A stretch of 64,000 nt of DNA from an uncultured Actinomycetes bacterium (GTDB lineage Bacteria > Actinomycetota > Thermoleophilia > Gaiellales > F1-60-MAGs149), in NCBI GenBank assembly GCA_963779685.1, contig CAVZZG010000003.1, forward strand, positions 44,950 to 108,949, read 5' to 3'. The stretch's first letter is position 1. Each line of letters opens with the position of its first letter. Below are positions 56,397-63,913 of the stretch, piece by piece. The notes below the pieces were generated by a model. That model did no database searches, had not been told where the DNA came from, and saw only the letters and a list, made by a program, of their open reading frames with translations. The position numbers and the translations under genes were made by a program.

Positions 56397-57602
56397 TCAC
56401 GACCTCCCCATGAGTCGTGCCAGGTTGTGGTGGGACGACGGCGTCGCGTGGGCCGCGGCAACCGCCTTGCGAAGCTCGTGGATGGCCTTCGACACGCCGT
56501 TGCGGCGGTTCTTGACGACGAGCGGCGCACCCTCGTTGTACGACCGCGGTACGGCGGCGTCGTACGGGATCACGACGTCGACCTTCCGGCCGAGCGCCTC
56601 GGAGGCGCGGGCGACGGCGAGGCCGCCCTTGGAGCTGGCGCGGTTGACGACCACGCGCACGTCGTCGCGTCCGCGGCCCATCAGCTCGAGCGTGTCGAGC
56701 CCCAGCCGGGCGTCCTTCAGGCTCGGGACGTCCATGGAGGCGAGCAGCACGACCTCGTCGGCACCGTCGACCGTCGCGATGACGACCGGCGAGAAGGCCG
56801 GTGCGGAGTCGACCACGATGAACTCGTACAGCCGACGGGCGACGGCGAACACTCCGGCGATGCGTTCCGCCGTCACGGCGTCCGCCTGGTCGGGCCGGGT
56901 GGGTCCGATCAGGACGTCGAGGCCGCTTGCCGCGTGCTGGGTGACGTAGCCGGCGAGCTTCTCCTCGTCGAGCATCCCGGGGCCGTTGACGAGGTCGTAG
57001 ATGGTGCGCTCGGGCGAGAGTCCGAGCACGATGGCGCAGTCGCCGAACTCGAGATCGAGGTCGATGAGCAGGGTGTGCCGGCCCTCGGCGGCCAGTGCGC
57101 AGCCGAGGTTGGTCGCGGTGAGCGTCTTTCCCGACCCGCCTTTCGGGCCGACGATGGCGATCAGGCGACCATCGGGCTGGCCGGCGGCTGCGGCTCGGTC
57201 GCGGCTGCGCCGCGCGCACGCCTTGTGCAACGCGAGCGCGACCTCGTCCGGCGGCTCGGAGCCGATCATGACGTCCTCGGCTCCGGCTGCGAGGGCTTCG
57301 CCGACGAAGCTTGCGGGCGCGAGTGGCGCGAGGACCACGATCGGCATGTCCGGGCGCGCGCGGCGGAGGCGTGCGACGACTGCGATCGTGCCCGTGCAGT
57401 CGCCGTCTGCAGCGACCAGGGCGGCGTCGAGCCGTTCGCGAACCGCCAGTTCCGCCGCCCGGCTCGGGCCGGGTTCGGTGAGGGTGTAGTCGATGCCGTC
57501 GACCTCGTCCGCGTACGCCGCGAGCAGGGTCGTGGCCGCGTCGTTGACGGGGAGCGCCATCACGTGGATGGTGCGCTCTGCGGCTGGCTCCGGGGTGGCC
57601 AT
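56397..57602 (-). CDS. cpaE: TadZ/CpaE-like pilus assembly ATPase (receiver-like N-domain plus ParA/MinD-like domain)
   Basis: It has the deviant Walker A GPKGGSGKT, DLDLEFGD and a MinD-like core. The N-terminal ~120 aa have a CheY-like layout. Confidence 0.85.
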   Translation of the reverse strand: MATPEPAAERTIHVMALPVNDAATTLLAAYADEVDGIDYTLTEPGPSRAAELAVRERLDAALVAADGDCTGTIAVVARLRRARPDMPIVVLAPLAPASFVGEALAAGAEDVMIGSEPPDEVALALHKACARRSRDRAAAAGQPDGRLIAIVGPKGGSGKTLTATNLGCALAAEGRHTLLIDLDLEFGDCAIVLGLSPERTIYDLVNGPGMLDEEKLAGYVTQHAASGLDVLIGPTRPDQADAVTAERIAGVFAVARRLYEFIVVDSAPAFSPVVIATVDGADEVVLLASMDVPSLKDARLGLDTLELMGRGRDDVRVVVNRASSKGGLAVARASEALGRKVDVVIPYDAAVPRSYNEGAPLVVKNRRNGVSKAIHELRKAVAAAHATPSSHHNLARLMGRS

Positions 57603-57607
57603 GGCCG

Positions 57608-58507
57608 TCAGCTTCCCGACGGGGTGGACTGCGACGTCTGTCCCGCCTTCTGCACGGACTGCGGGCTGATGACCTGGAAGCCCTTCAGACCGGCGATCAT
57701 CGACTCGAGCGTCGTGACGGTGGAGCGGCTCGAGCTGTCGCGCCAGGAGTCGGTCGGCCGCTCGCCCCGCAGGGTCAGCCAGATCTTGCCGTTCTCGAGC
57801 GCGAAGACGAGCTTCTGCGCGTCGGCGTCCGTGATCGAGAGCGTGGCGTACAGCGGCACGCCCGACGAGGTGCCGGTGTTCCCGGATCCGGTGTTGCTGG
57901 CGGTCGAGCTGGTGTTGGTGTCGTTCTGCGAGATCGACAGCACCTCGATGCCGCGCAGCAGCGTGACCGTCATCGGCTCGGGCTGTCCGTAGGCGGTCGG
58001 CGAAGGCTTCTTGGTGGCGGGGTCGATCGCCACCGGGGTGACCATGAAGGTCGCGACCACATCGACCCAGTCGTTGGCTTTCAGCGTGCCGACGAGTCCG
58101 CGGCTCGTGTCGACGGGCACCTGGACGGCGCGGTAGTTGCCCTTCACCGTCAGCGCGGTCAGGTTGTTCGGCGCCTCGGGAAACTGGGAGGCGACCAGGA
58201 ACTGGCCCTGGGCGATCGCTGTTGCGGCGACCGTACCCTTCAGCCGGTTGAGGTCGACGATGGCCGAGTCCGGCATGCCGGACTTGCTGATCTTGATGGC
58301 CGAGTAGCTGCTGTCACTCAGCACCTTGTCACCGGAGGTGCCGGCCGGGATCGCCTTTGCGGCGACGTAGGCCGTCACCGTGTCCGCCCGCTTGTCCACG
58401 GCCGATCGGTAGCGTGAGACGTAGAGGACGACTGCGGCCGCGGCGCCCACCGCGAGGACGAGCGCCACCATCATGGTGGCGAAGCGAGAGCTGAAGATGC
58501 GAGACAT
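57608..58507 (-). CDS. cpaB: Flp pilus assembly protein CpaB/RcpC (SAF domain)
   Basis: The ATG at 58507 is preceded by GGAGGA. It has an N-terminal TM anchor, a SAF-like region (..IPAGT..) and a Ser/Thr/Asn-rich linker. Confidence 0.83.
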   Translation of the reverse strand: MSRIFSSRFATMMVALVLAVGAAAAVVLYVSRYRSAVDKRADTVTAYVAAKAIPAGTSGDKVLSDSSYSAIKISKSGMPDSAIVDLNRLKGTVAATAIAQGQFLVASQFPEAPNNLTALTVKGNYRAVQVPVDTSRGLVGTLKANDWVDVVATFMVTPVAIDPATKKPSPTAYGQPEPMTVTLLRGIEVLSISQNDTNTSSTASNTGSGNTGTSSGVPLYATLSITDADAQKLVFALENGKIWLTLRGERPTDSWRDSSSRSTVTTLESMIAGLKGFQVISPQSVQKAGQTSQSTPSGS

Positions 58508-58539
58508 GGAAGGTCCTCCGGGTTGGGCTTCCTGAGGTG

Positions 58540-59037
58540 CTACGGCTTGGTCACGCAGACGTCGCCGCCGGTCGCGCCGCCCGGCAGGTTGGAGCCCTGC
58601 TGTTCGACGCGCATGACGCTCGTGCCGGTGAGGGTCAGGGTCGGGCCGTGGCCGATGGCGGCGCCGAGCGCCGTCACCCACCGGTAGTCGTACGTGACCC
58701 GGACTCGCACCGCAGAGCCGATATCGAGATTCCCGTCGAGGGCGCGGATGCAGATCCGCGATCCGCTGGGCGCGAGCGTGCAGGCGGCGCCGAGCCAGTT
58801 GTTGGCCGAGGTGCAGCTGCCATTCGAGCCGGAGCTGTTGACGGCGGCCTGGCGCGCTCCGTCGCGGGCCGCCTCGGTGACGTCGTTCTTGGTGAACATG
58901 ATGACGCCGAACTCGAGGATCCCGACGAGGAGGAGCACGAAGACGCTGAGCGTGAGCGCGAACTCGACAAGCGCCACGCCGCGCTGCGGCTGACGCTGGT
59001 TGCTCGGGGTATGAGGGCGTGTGCGGGTCATCGGCAT
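58540..59037 (-). CDS. tadE: TadE-like pseudopilin
   Basis: RGVALVEFALTLSVFVLLLVGILEFG is the TadE/TadF N-terminal motif. 165 aa. Confidence 0.8.
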   Translation of the reverse strand: MPMTRTRPHTPSNQRQPQRGVALVEFALTLSVFVLLLVGILEFGVIMFTKNDVTEAARDGARQAAVNSSGSNGSCTSANNWLGAACTLAPSGSRICIRALDGNLDIGSAVRVRVTYDYRWVTALGAAIGHGPTLTLTGTSVMRVEQQGSNLPGGATGGDVCVTKP

Positions 59038-59048
59038 GGTGATGAGGG

Positions 59049-59074
59049 CCGGGCGCCCGGGTGCGGGCGCCCGG
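59049..59074 (-). terminator. GC-rich hairpin immediately after the flp pilin gene (possible attenuator)
   Basis: CCGGGCGCCCG-GGTG-CGGGCGCCCGG is an 11-bp perfect stem. It lies 9 nt after the flp stop and 11 nt before the tadE start. No U-tract. Confidence 0.5.
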
Positions 59075-59083
59075 CCCGGATGG

Positions 59084-59242
59084 TCAGAGCGACCCCGTGA
59101 TGCTGGTGAGGACGCCGGTGATCGAGGTGCCGAGCGTGCGAAGAGCGACGACGCATGCCACGGCGACGAGGACCAGGATCAGGCCGTACTCGGCGAGGGT
59201 CTGGCCCTCCTGCCTGCGCAGGTGGGTGAGGATGTCGTCCAT
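59084..59242 (-). CDS. flp: Flp-family type IVb pilin (52 aa; below the ORF-track cutoff)
   Basis: Hand translation gives MDDILTHLRRQEGQTLAEYGLILVLVAVACVVALRTLGTSITGVLTSITGSL*. It has the Flp motif G/QTxxEYGLI plus a hydrophobic helix. RBS GGGAG is 6 nt upstream. Confidence 0.85.
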   Translation of the reverse strand: MDDILTHLRRQEGQTLAEYGLILVLVAVACVVALRTLGTSITGVLTSITGSL

Positions 59243-59244
59243 GG

Positions 59245-59718
59245 TCACTCCCTTGTCCGCCCCGGAGGCGCCGCCGGAATGGCGGTGCGGCCGATGGGGC
59301 TCCCCGGCCGCGGTTGATCGGTGAGGTCGTCCCCGGCCCTTGGCCGACGGAGCGGATGGAGCAGTTCGAGGAGTCCCTCGATGCTCGGGTTGAACGTGGC
59401 GTTCAACTCCTGCGAGATCGCGTGCTCCATGCTTTCGTCGCGGCCGTAGCCGAGGACGACGAGCTCGGTACCGGCGTCCGCCAGGCGGCTTCCGGTCTCG
59501 ATGGCGAGCTGGAGATCATGCGAGGCGGTCAGGTCGATCACCGCGAGCTGCGGTGTCGCCCAGGCTCGTGTATCGCTCAGCGGGCACGAGCCCACGTCGG
59601 CGTGGCTGCCGAGGGCGAGCTCCAGGCAGTGCCGGGGGATCGCCCCGACACCCGCCAGCAGCACGTACGGGCGGCCCGTCTCGATGCCGTGTCGCGTGGT
59701 CTCCATGTCGTCCATCAT
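59245..59718 (-). CDS. Hypothetical protein with a weak receiver-like (pseudo-receiver) pattern
   Basis: 157-aa ORF with coding-like GC3 over the first ~120 codons. It shows a beta/alpha alternation (YVLLAGV, LAVIDL, ELVVLGYG) but lacks the acidic pocket and the conserved Lys. The tail is low complexity. Confidence 0.45.
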   Translation of the reverse strand: MMDDMETTRHGIETGRPYVLLAGVGAIPRHCLELALGSHADVGSCPLSDTRAWATPQLAVIDLTASHDLQLAIETGSRLADAGTELVVLGYGRDESMEHAISQELNATFNPSIEGLLELLHPLRRPRAGDDLTDQPRPGSPIGRTAIPAAPPGRTRE

Positions 59719-59834
59719 CCCGCCCGGCCCGATCGGTTCCGATTGCCCATCTAGGGGGAGCGCGGGCCCGGAATGGGCGGTCTTTCACCACCCGGTTGGG
59801 GGAGGGGTGGGGGAGGCCTCGCGGGACCGCGCAT

Positions 59835-59860
59835 CGACGTCCCACCGGAGTGGGACGTCG
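59835..59860 (-). terminator. Hairpin downstream of the tadG-like gene
   Basis: CGACGTCCCAC-CGGA-GTGGGACGTCG is an 11-bp perfect stem that starts 17 nt after the stop at 59877. Confidence 0.5.
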
Positions 59861-59876
59861 GTCGTTCGCCGCTGCT

Positions 59877-61421
59877 CTACCGCACCAGCCGGACGCCGCC
59901 CTGGGTGATCAGGTGGCCGATCTGGTTGAAGATGTCGTAGAGCTGGCCGGGGGTCGGCTGGTTGAAGAAGTAGGTGTCGTTCGACGCCATCATGCGCACG
60001 GTCGTGCCCGAGCTGATGGCCGGGCTCTCGCCCGCCAGCGGCAGGCCCAGGGCGCCGTTCGAGTATCGCTCGGGGTTGAACCCGCCAGCACCCGAGGCAT
60101 CGCCCTTGCACCGCTGGCCGTCGTTCGCGAAGCCGAAGTCGAGCGCGTAGCCGATCGAGAACCAGGTGATCCCGCGGGAGGCGGCGTAGGGCGCCCTGCC
60201 TCCCCAACCACCGGGCCCGTGGACGGCGTCGTTGTCGACGTTGTTGGACACCGACGAGCCGCACGGGTGCTGCTTGTCGAAGGTGGACTTGAGGGCGCTG
60301 GCCGCGTTCAGCCCCGTCCAGTTGTTCCACTGGTTCGCGCCGCCATCACCGAGCATGACCACGATGCGCCGGCAGTTCGCGCAGGTGCGTCCATGCAGCG
60401 CCAGCTCGGCGTCCGCCGCCCGGGCGGCCTCGTTGATGACGGTGTTGCCCTCGCCCGGCACGCAGCGGATCGCCGACACCAGGCGCGACGTGTCGATCAG
60501 CGCATTGGTAGCCGGGTTCACCCACTGCCAGGTCGCATCGAGCGGTGTTCCGAGCGGGCGCAGCGGCACGAGCAGCCAGTTGCCGTTCACCCCCGCGGTC
60601 GGGTTGCCCGGATAGGCGGTGGTGTTCGAGCTTCCGGTCGCGCAGTAGTTCGAGCCGAGCGGGTTGGCAGCGTTGTACGCCGGCGCGACGGGGCTCGAGG
60701 TACTTCCGCCGGGATTGAATCCCGAGAGGACGACGAAGCCGACCCGGTCGTAATGCCCCTGGGAGTCGGGGACCGGGTTGAAGAACTTGATGAAGCTGAG
60801 GATGCCGTTCTTGGCGTTGGCCAGATCGGACGGCGGGTTGTAGGTGAGGACGTTGCAGTTCGGCACCGTCGCCCCGGAGGCGTTCTGGCACATCGACCCG
60901 GTGCGGTCGAGCACGATCATCACGTCGAAGTCGACCTCGTCCGTGGAACACGGACTGCAGGCCGCGGCCATCGCGTGCGGGTTGAACGCATCGAAGTTCT
61001 GCCCGACCATCCTCCCGAACGCCTTCGCGAACGTGTTCTCCGACCGTATCGAGTGATCCTTGACCTCGAAGTAGTCGAACCGCGGCGCGCAGCTCGACTT
61101 GTCGGACGCGCCGGTCGGCATGCAGCCGTAGTCGAACGTGAACCCGGCGGCGTCGTAGCCGTTCAGCTGCAGGTACTGGCGGGCCACCTCCTGCGCCGTC
61201 TTCACACACCCGAAGCCCGACGGCGGGCTGACTCCCTCGAGGCACGGCAGGAACGCACCGCCCGCAAGCGCTGCGCCGTCCTCGGCCGCCTGCAGGTCGC
61301 GCTTCTTCCAGTACGCGCTGCCCACGTCGATCGCGATACCCGCGAGTCCGAGGAACACCACCAGGCTCAGCGCGAACCATGTCAGGTAGAACCCGCCCTG
61401 TCGGCGCCGCGAAGCTTTCAT
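59877..61421 (-). CDS. tadG: TadG-like pilus-associated protein with a vWA domain
   Basis: The ATG at 61421 is preceded by GGGAG. The N-terminus ..GGFYLTWFALSLVVFLGLAGIAIDVGSAYWKKRDLQAAEDGAALAG is the TadG/Flp-pilus-assembly motif. The vWA MIDAS is VLDRTGSM and it is Cys-rich. 514 aa. Confidence 0.8.
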   Translation of the reverse strand: MKASRRRQGGFYLTWFALSLVVFLGLAGIAIDVGSAYWKKRDLQAAEDGAALAGGAFLPCLEGVSPPSGFGCVKTAQEVARQYLQLNGYDAAGFTFDYGCMPTGASDKSSCAPRFDYFEVKDHSIRSENTFAKAFGRMVGQNFDAFNPHAMAAACSPCSTDEVDFDVMIVLDRTGSMCQNASGATVPNCNVLTYNPPSDLANAKNGILSFIKFFNPVPDSQGHYDRVGFVVLSGFNPGGSTSSPVAPAYNAANPLGSNYCATGSSNTTAYPGNPTAGVNGNWLLVPLRPLGTPLDATWQWVNPATNALIDTSRLVSAIRCVPGEGNTVINEAARAADAELALHGRTCANCRRIVVMLGDGGANQWNNWTGLNAASALKSTFDKQHPCGSSVSNNVDNDAVHGPGGWGGRAPYAASRGITWFSIGYALDFGFANDGQRCKGDASGAGGFNPERYSNGALGLPLAGESPAISSGTTVRMMASNDTYFFNQPTPGQLYDIFNQIGHLITQGGVRLVR

Positions 61422-61513
61422 GACTCCCTGATGATCCGCCCGCCCGGCCACGGAACCGATGCCCTCGGTGGGTGAGCCGTGGGGGACTTGCGGGGGATAT
61501 CGGCCGCGGCGTA

Positions 61514-61787
61514 CGTCCAAGTGCACGAGGCGCGTCGTCCAAGTGGACGGCCTGCGCGACGAGTGGCGGTGCCAAGGAGCTGCGCCGGCGGCGTCCGGCT
61601 CTGCGAGCCGGCTGGCGACGCCTCGCCGAGCTCTCCGTCGGAGCGCTCGGCCTCGCCAGGGGAACGGCGAGCGCAGGTCGAGGTCTCGTGCACTTGGACA
61701 TGGCGCGTCGTGCACTTGGACGCTTGCCGCGCCACGGCCCGCAGGGAAGGTCGTCCACTTGGACGGTGCGCGTCGTGCAATTGGACG
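61514..61787. promoter_or_regulatory. Array of six 14-bp dyad boxes (CGTSCA-NN-TGSACG) arranged as three 36-nt two-box modules
   Basis: The boxes lie at 61514-61527, 61536-61549, 61687-61700, 61709-61722, 61752-61765 and 61774-61787. Boxes within a pair are 22 nt apart and joined by NNNGCGCG. Boxes 2 and 5 are perfect palindromes. A TACAAT -10-like hexamer at 61793 follows box 6. Confidence 0.6.
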
Positions 61788-61830
61788 CTCGGTACAATCG
61801 CCCCCACGTACCGCCTGTCAAAGGAGCGTC

Positions 61831-63897
61831 ATGGCGCAGGAGCCTGGGAAGATCCGCAACGTCGCCGTCCTCGGTCATCGTGGGTCGGGGAAGACGTCCC
61901 TCGTGGAGTCGATGCTCTTCGAGGCCGGCGCGACGACGCGGCTCGGCTCGGTGCCCGACGGCACGACGGTGTCCGATTACGACGACGACGAGAAGCGTCG
62001 CTCGATGTCGATTGCATCCACGGTCTGCCATGCGTCGTGGGAGGGGCGCCGGATCAACCTCATCGACACGCCCGGCGACCCGTCGTTCCAGGGGGAGGCG
62101 CTGGCGGCGTTGGGCGTGGTGGAGGGGGCGATCGTCGAGATCTCCGGGGTGGCCGGGGTCGAGGTGTCGACGGACCGGCTGTGGCGTCGTGCCGAGGAGC
62201 GGCGCCTGCCCCGCCTGGTGCACGTCAACCTGCTCGATCGCGAGCGGGCGGACTTCGATGCGGCGGTCGCGTCCCTGAAGAAGCTGTCCGACAAGATCGT
62301 CGTGGTGGCGATGCCGATGGGCGTCGAGCAGGGCTACCGGGGCATGATCGACCTCGTCCACATGGTCGCGTACCCGGATCCGGGCTCCAAGAAGGAGGGC
62401 TCGGGAGAGCCGATCCCGGAGGAGTTCGCGGCCGAGGCGACGCGGCTCCACGAGGCCCTGATCGAGATCGTGGCCGAGTCGGCCGACGAGCTGATCGAGA
62501 AGTACCTCGAGGGGCAGGAGATCTCGGCCGAGGAGATGGCGTCGGCGCTGAAGGCGATGGTGGCCCGGGCCGAGGCCTTCCCGGTCACCTGTGGTTCTGC
62601 GACCCGCAACTCGGGAACCCACGCACTGCTCGATCTGATCGTCGAGGCGCTGCCCTCGCCGAAGCGGGCGGGCGGCATGCGGGGTCGCAACGCGGCCGGT
62701 GACGAGCTGACGATCGGCCTCGACGACGGCACGGCCGCGTACGTGTTCAAGACCATCGCCGATCCGTTTGCGGGAAAGCTCTCGATCTTCCGCGTGATCG
62801 CCGGCACCATCACGGGCGATTCGCAGCTCGTCAACCTCCGGACGCGCGGCAAGGAGCGCATCGGCGGGCTGGTGGACCTGCAGGGTAAGGAGCACGCGAC
62901 GGTCACGAGCTTCGGGCCCGGCGACATCGGCGCCGTCGCCAAGCTCAAGGACGTCACCACCGGCGACCTCCTCCTCGACCGCGAGCGCGATCTCGCGATC
63001 GACTCCGTGCCGCTGCCGGCCCCGGTGGTCTCGGTGGCGATCGAGCCCGGCCGCAAGGGCGAGGAGGAGAAGATGGCCTCGGCCCTGCGGCGGCTCCAGG
63101 AGGAGGACCCGACGCTGGTCGTCCACCGCGACGAGCGCACCGGCGAGATGCTGGTCGAGGGCCTCTCGCAGATGCACATCGAGGTCACGGTCGAGAAGGT
63201 GAAACGCCGGTTCGGCGTCGAGGTGATCACGCACCCGCCCCGTGTCCCCTACCTCGAGGCCGTGCGCAAGGCCGCGCGCGGCCACGGTCGCCACAAGAAG
63301 CAGACCGGTGGCCGCGGCCAGTTCGGCGATTGCCACATCGAGGTCGAGCCGCTGCCCGCCCACGAGGGCTACCAGTTCATCGACAAGATCGTCGGCGGCG
63401 TCATCCCGCAGAGCTTCCGGCCCGCGGTCGACAAGGGCGTGCAGGAGGCGATGCAGAAGGGCGACCTGGCCGGGTTCCCGGTGGTGGGCGTCCAGGTGCG
63501 CCTCGTCGACGGCTCGTACCACACGGTCGACTCGAGCGAGATGGCCTTCAAGATCGCCGGCACGATGGCGTTCCGCGATGCCTACCAGAAGGCCGACCCG
63601 GTGCTGCTCGAGCCGGTCATGGCCGTCGAGATCTCGGTGCCCGACGAGAACGTCGGCGACATCACGGGCGACCTCAACTCGCGGCGGGGACGCCTGCTCG
63701 GCATCGAGCCCCGCGGCTCCGCCACCGTGGTGCGGGCCGAGGCACCGATGGGCGAGATGCTGACGTACTCGCAGACGCTCACGTCGGTTACCGGCGGCCG
63801 CGGCGACTACTCGATGAGCTTCCTCCGCTACGAGGAAGTGCCGGCGCACATCGCCGGCAAGGTCATGGCCGAGGCCAAGAAGGCGGCCGAGCATTAG
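61831..63897 (+). CDS. fusA: Elongation factor G paralog (EF-G2-like translational GTPase)
   Basis: RBS AAAGGAG, then ATG at 61831. G1 is VLGHRGSGKTS, G3 is DTPGDPSF, and domains II-V are EF-G-like (..HKKQTGGRGQFG.., ..GSYHTVDSSEMAF..). 688 aa. The extension of ORF 61459.. upstream is non-coding. Confidence 0.92.
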   Translation: MAQEPGKIRNVAVLGHRGSGKTSLVESMLFEAGATTRLGSVPDGTTVSDYDDDEKRRSMSIASTVCHASWEGRRINLIDTPGDPSFQGEALAALGVVEGAIVEISGVAGVEVSTDRLWRRAEERRLPRLVHVNLLDRERADFDAAVASLKKLSDKIVVVAMPMGVEQGYRGMIDLVHMVAYPDPGSKKEGSGEPIPEEFAAEATRLHEALIEIVAESADELIEKYLEGQEISAEEMASALKAMVARAEAFPVTCGSATRNSGTHALLDLIVEALPSPKRAGGMRGRNAAGDELTIGLDDGTAAYVFKTIADPFAGKLSIFRVIAGTITGDSQLVNLRTRGKERIGGLVDLQGKEHATVTSFGPGDIGAVAKLKDVTTGDLLLDRERDLAIDSVPLPAPVVSVAIEPGRKGEEEKMASALRRLQEEDPTLVVHRDERTGEMLVEGLSQMHIEVTVEKVKRRFGVEVITHPPRVPYLEAVRKAARGHGRHKKQTGGRGQFGDCHIEVEPLPAHEGYQFIDKIVGGVIPQSFRPAVDKGVQEAMQKGDLAGFPVVGVQVRLVDGSYHTVDSSEMAFKIAGTMAFRDAYQKADPVLLEPVMAVEISVPDENVGDITGDLNSRRGRLLGIEPRGSATVVRAEAPMGEMLTYSQTLTSVTGGRGDYSMSFLRYEEVPAHIAGKVMAEAKKAAEH

Positions 63898-63913
63898 TGT
63901 CGCGAGCTCCTCG

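Noticed and set aside
59797-59815. The G-tract as a functional G-quadruplex.
   Set aside because: Only three strong G-runs are contiguous and the fourth is GG. Such tracts are frequent at this GC content. It is reported only as a low-interest shared-motif observation.
61514-61787. The six boxes as a DnaA-box cluster or replication origin (GTCCAC resembles the actinobacterial TTGTCCACA box).
   Set aside because: The match is only about 7 of 9 positions, and there is no dnaA/dnaN context or AT-rich unwinding element. The strict dyad symmetry and paired 22-nt spacing fit a dimeric transcription factor better. This is kept only as a remote alternative.
61459-61830. A 124-codon N-terminal extension of the EF-G paralog (ORF 61459-63897).
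   Set aside because: EF-G homology and a strong RBS (AAAGGAG) mark the ATG at 61831. The upstream part is the repeat-box spacer, which is open by chance.
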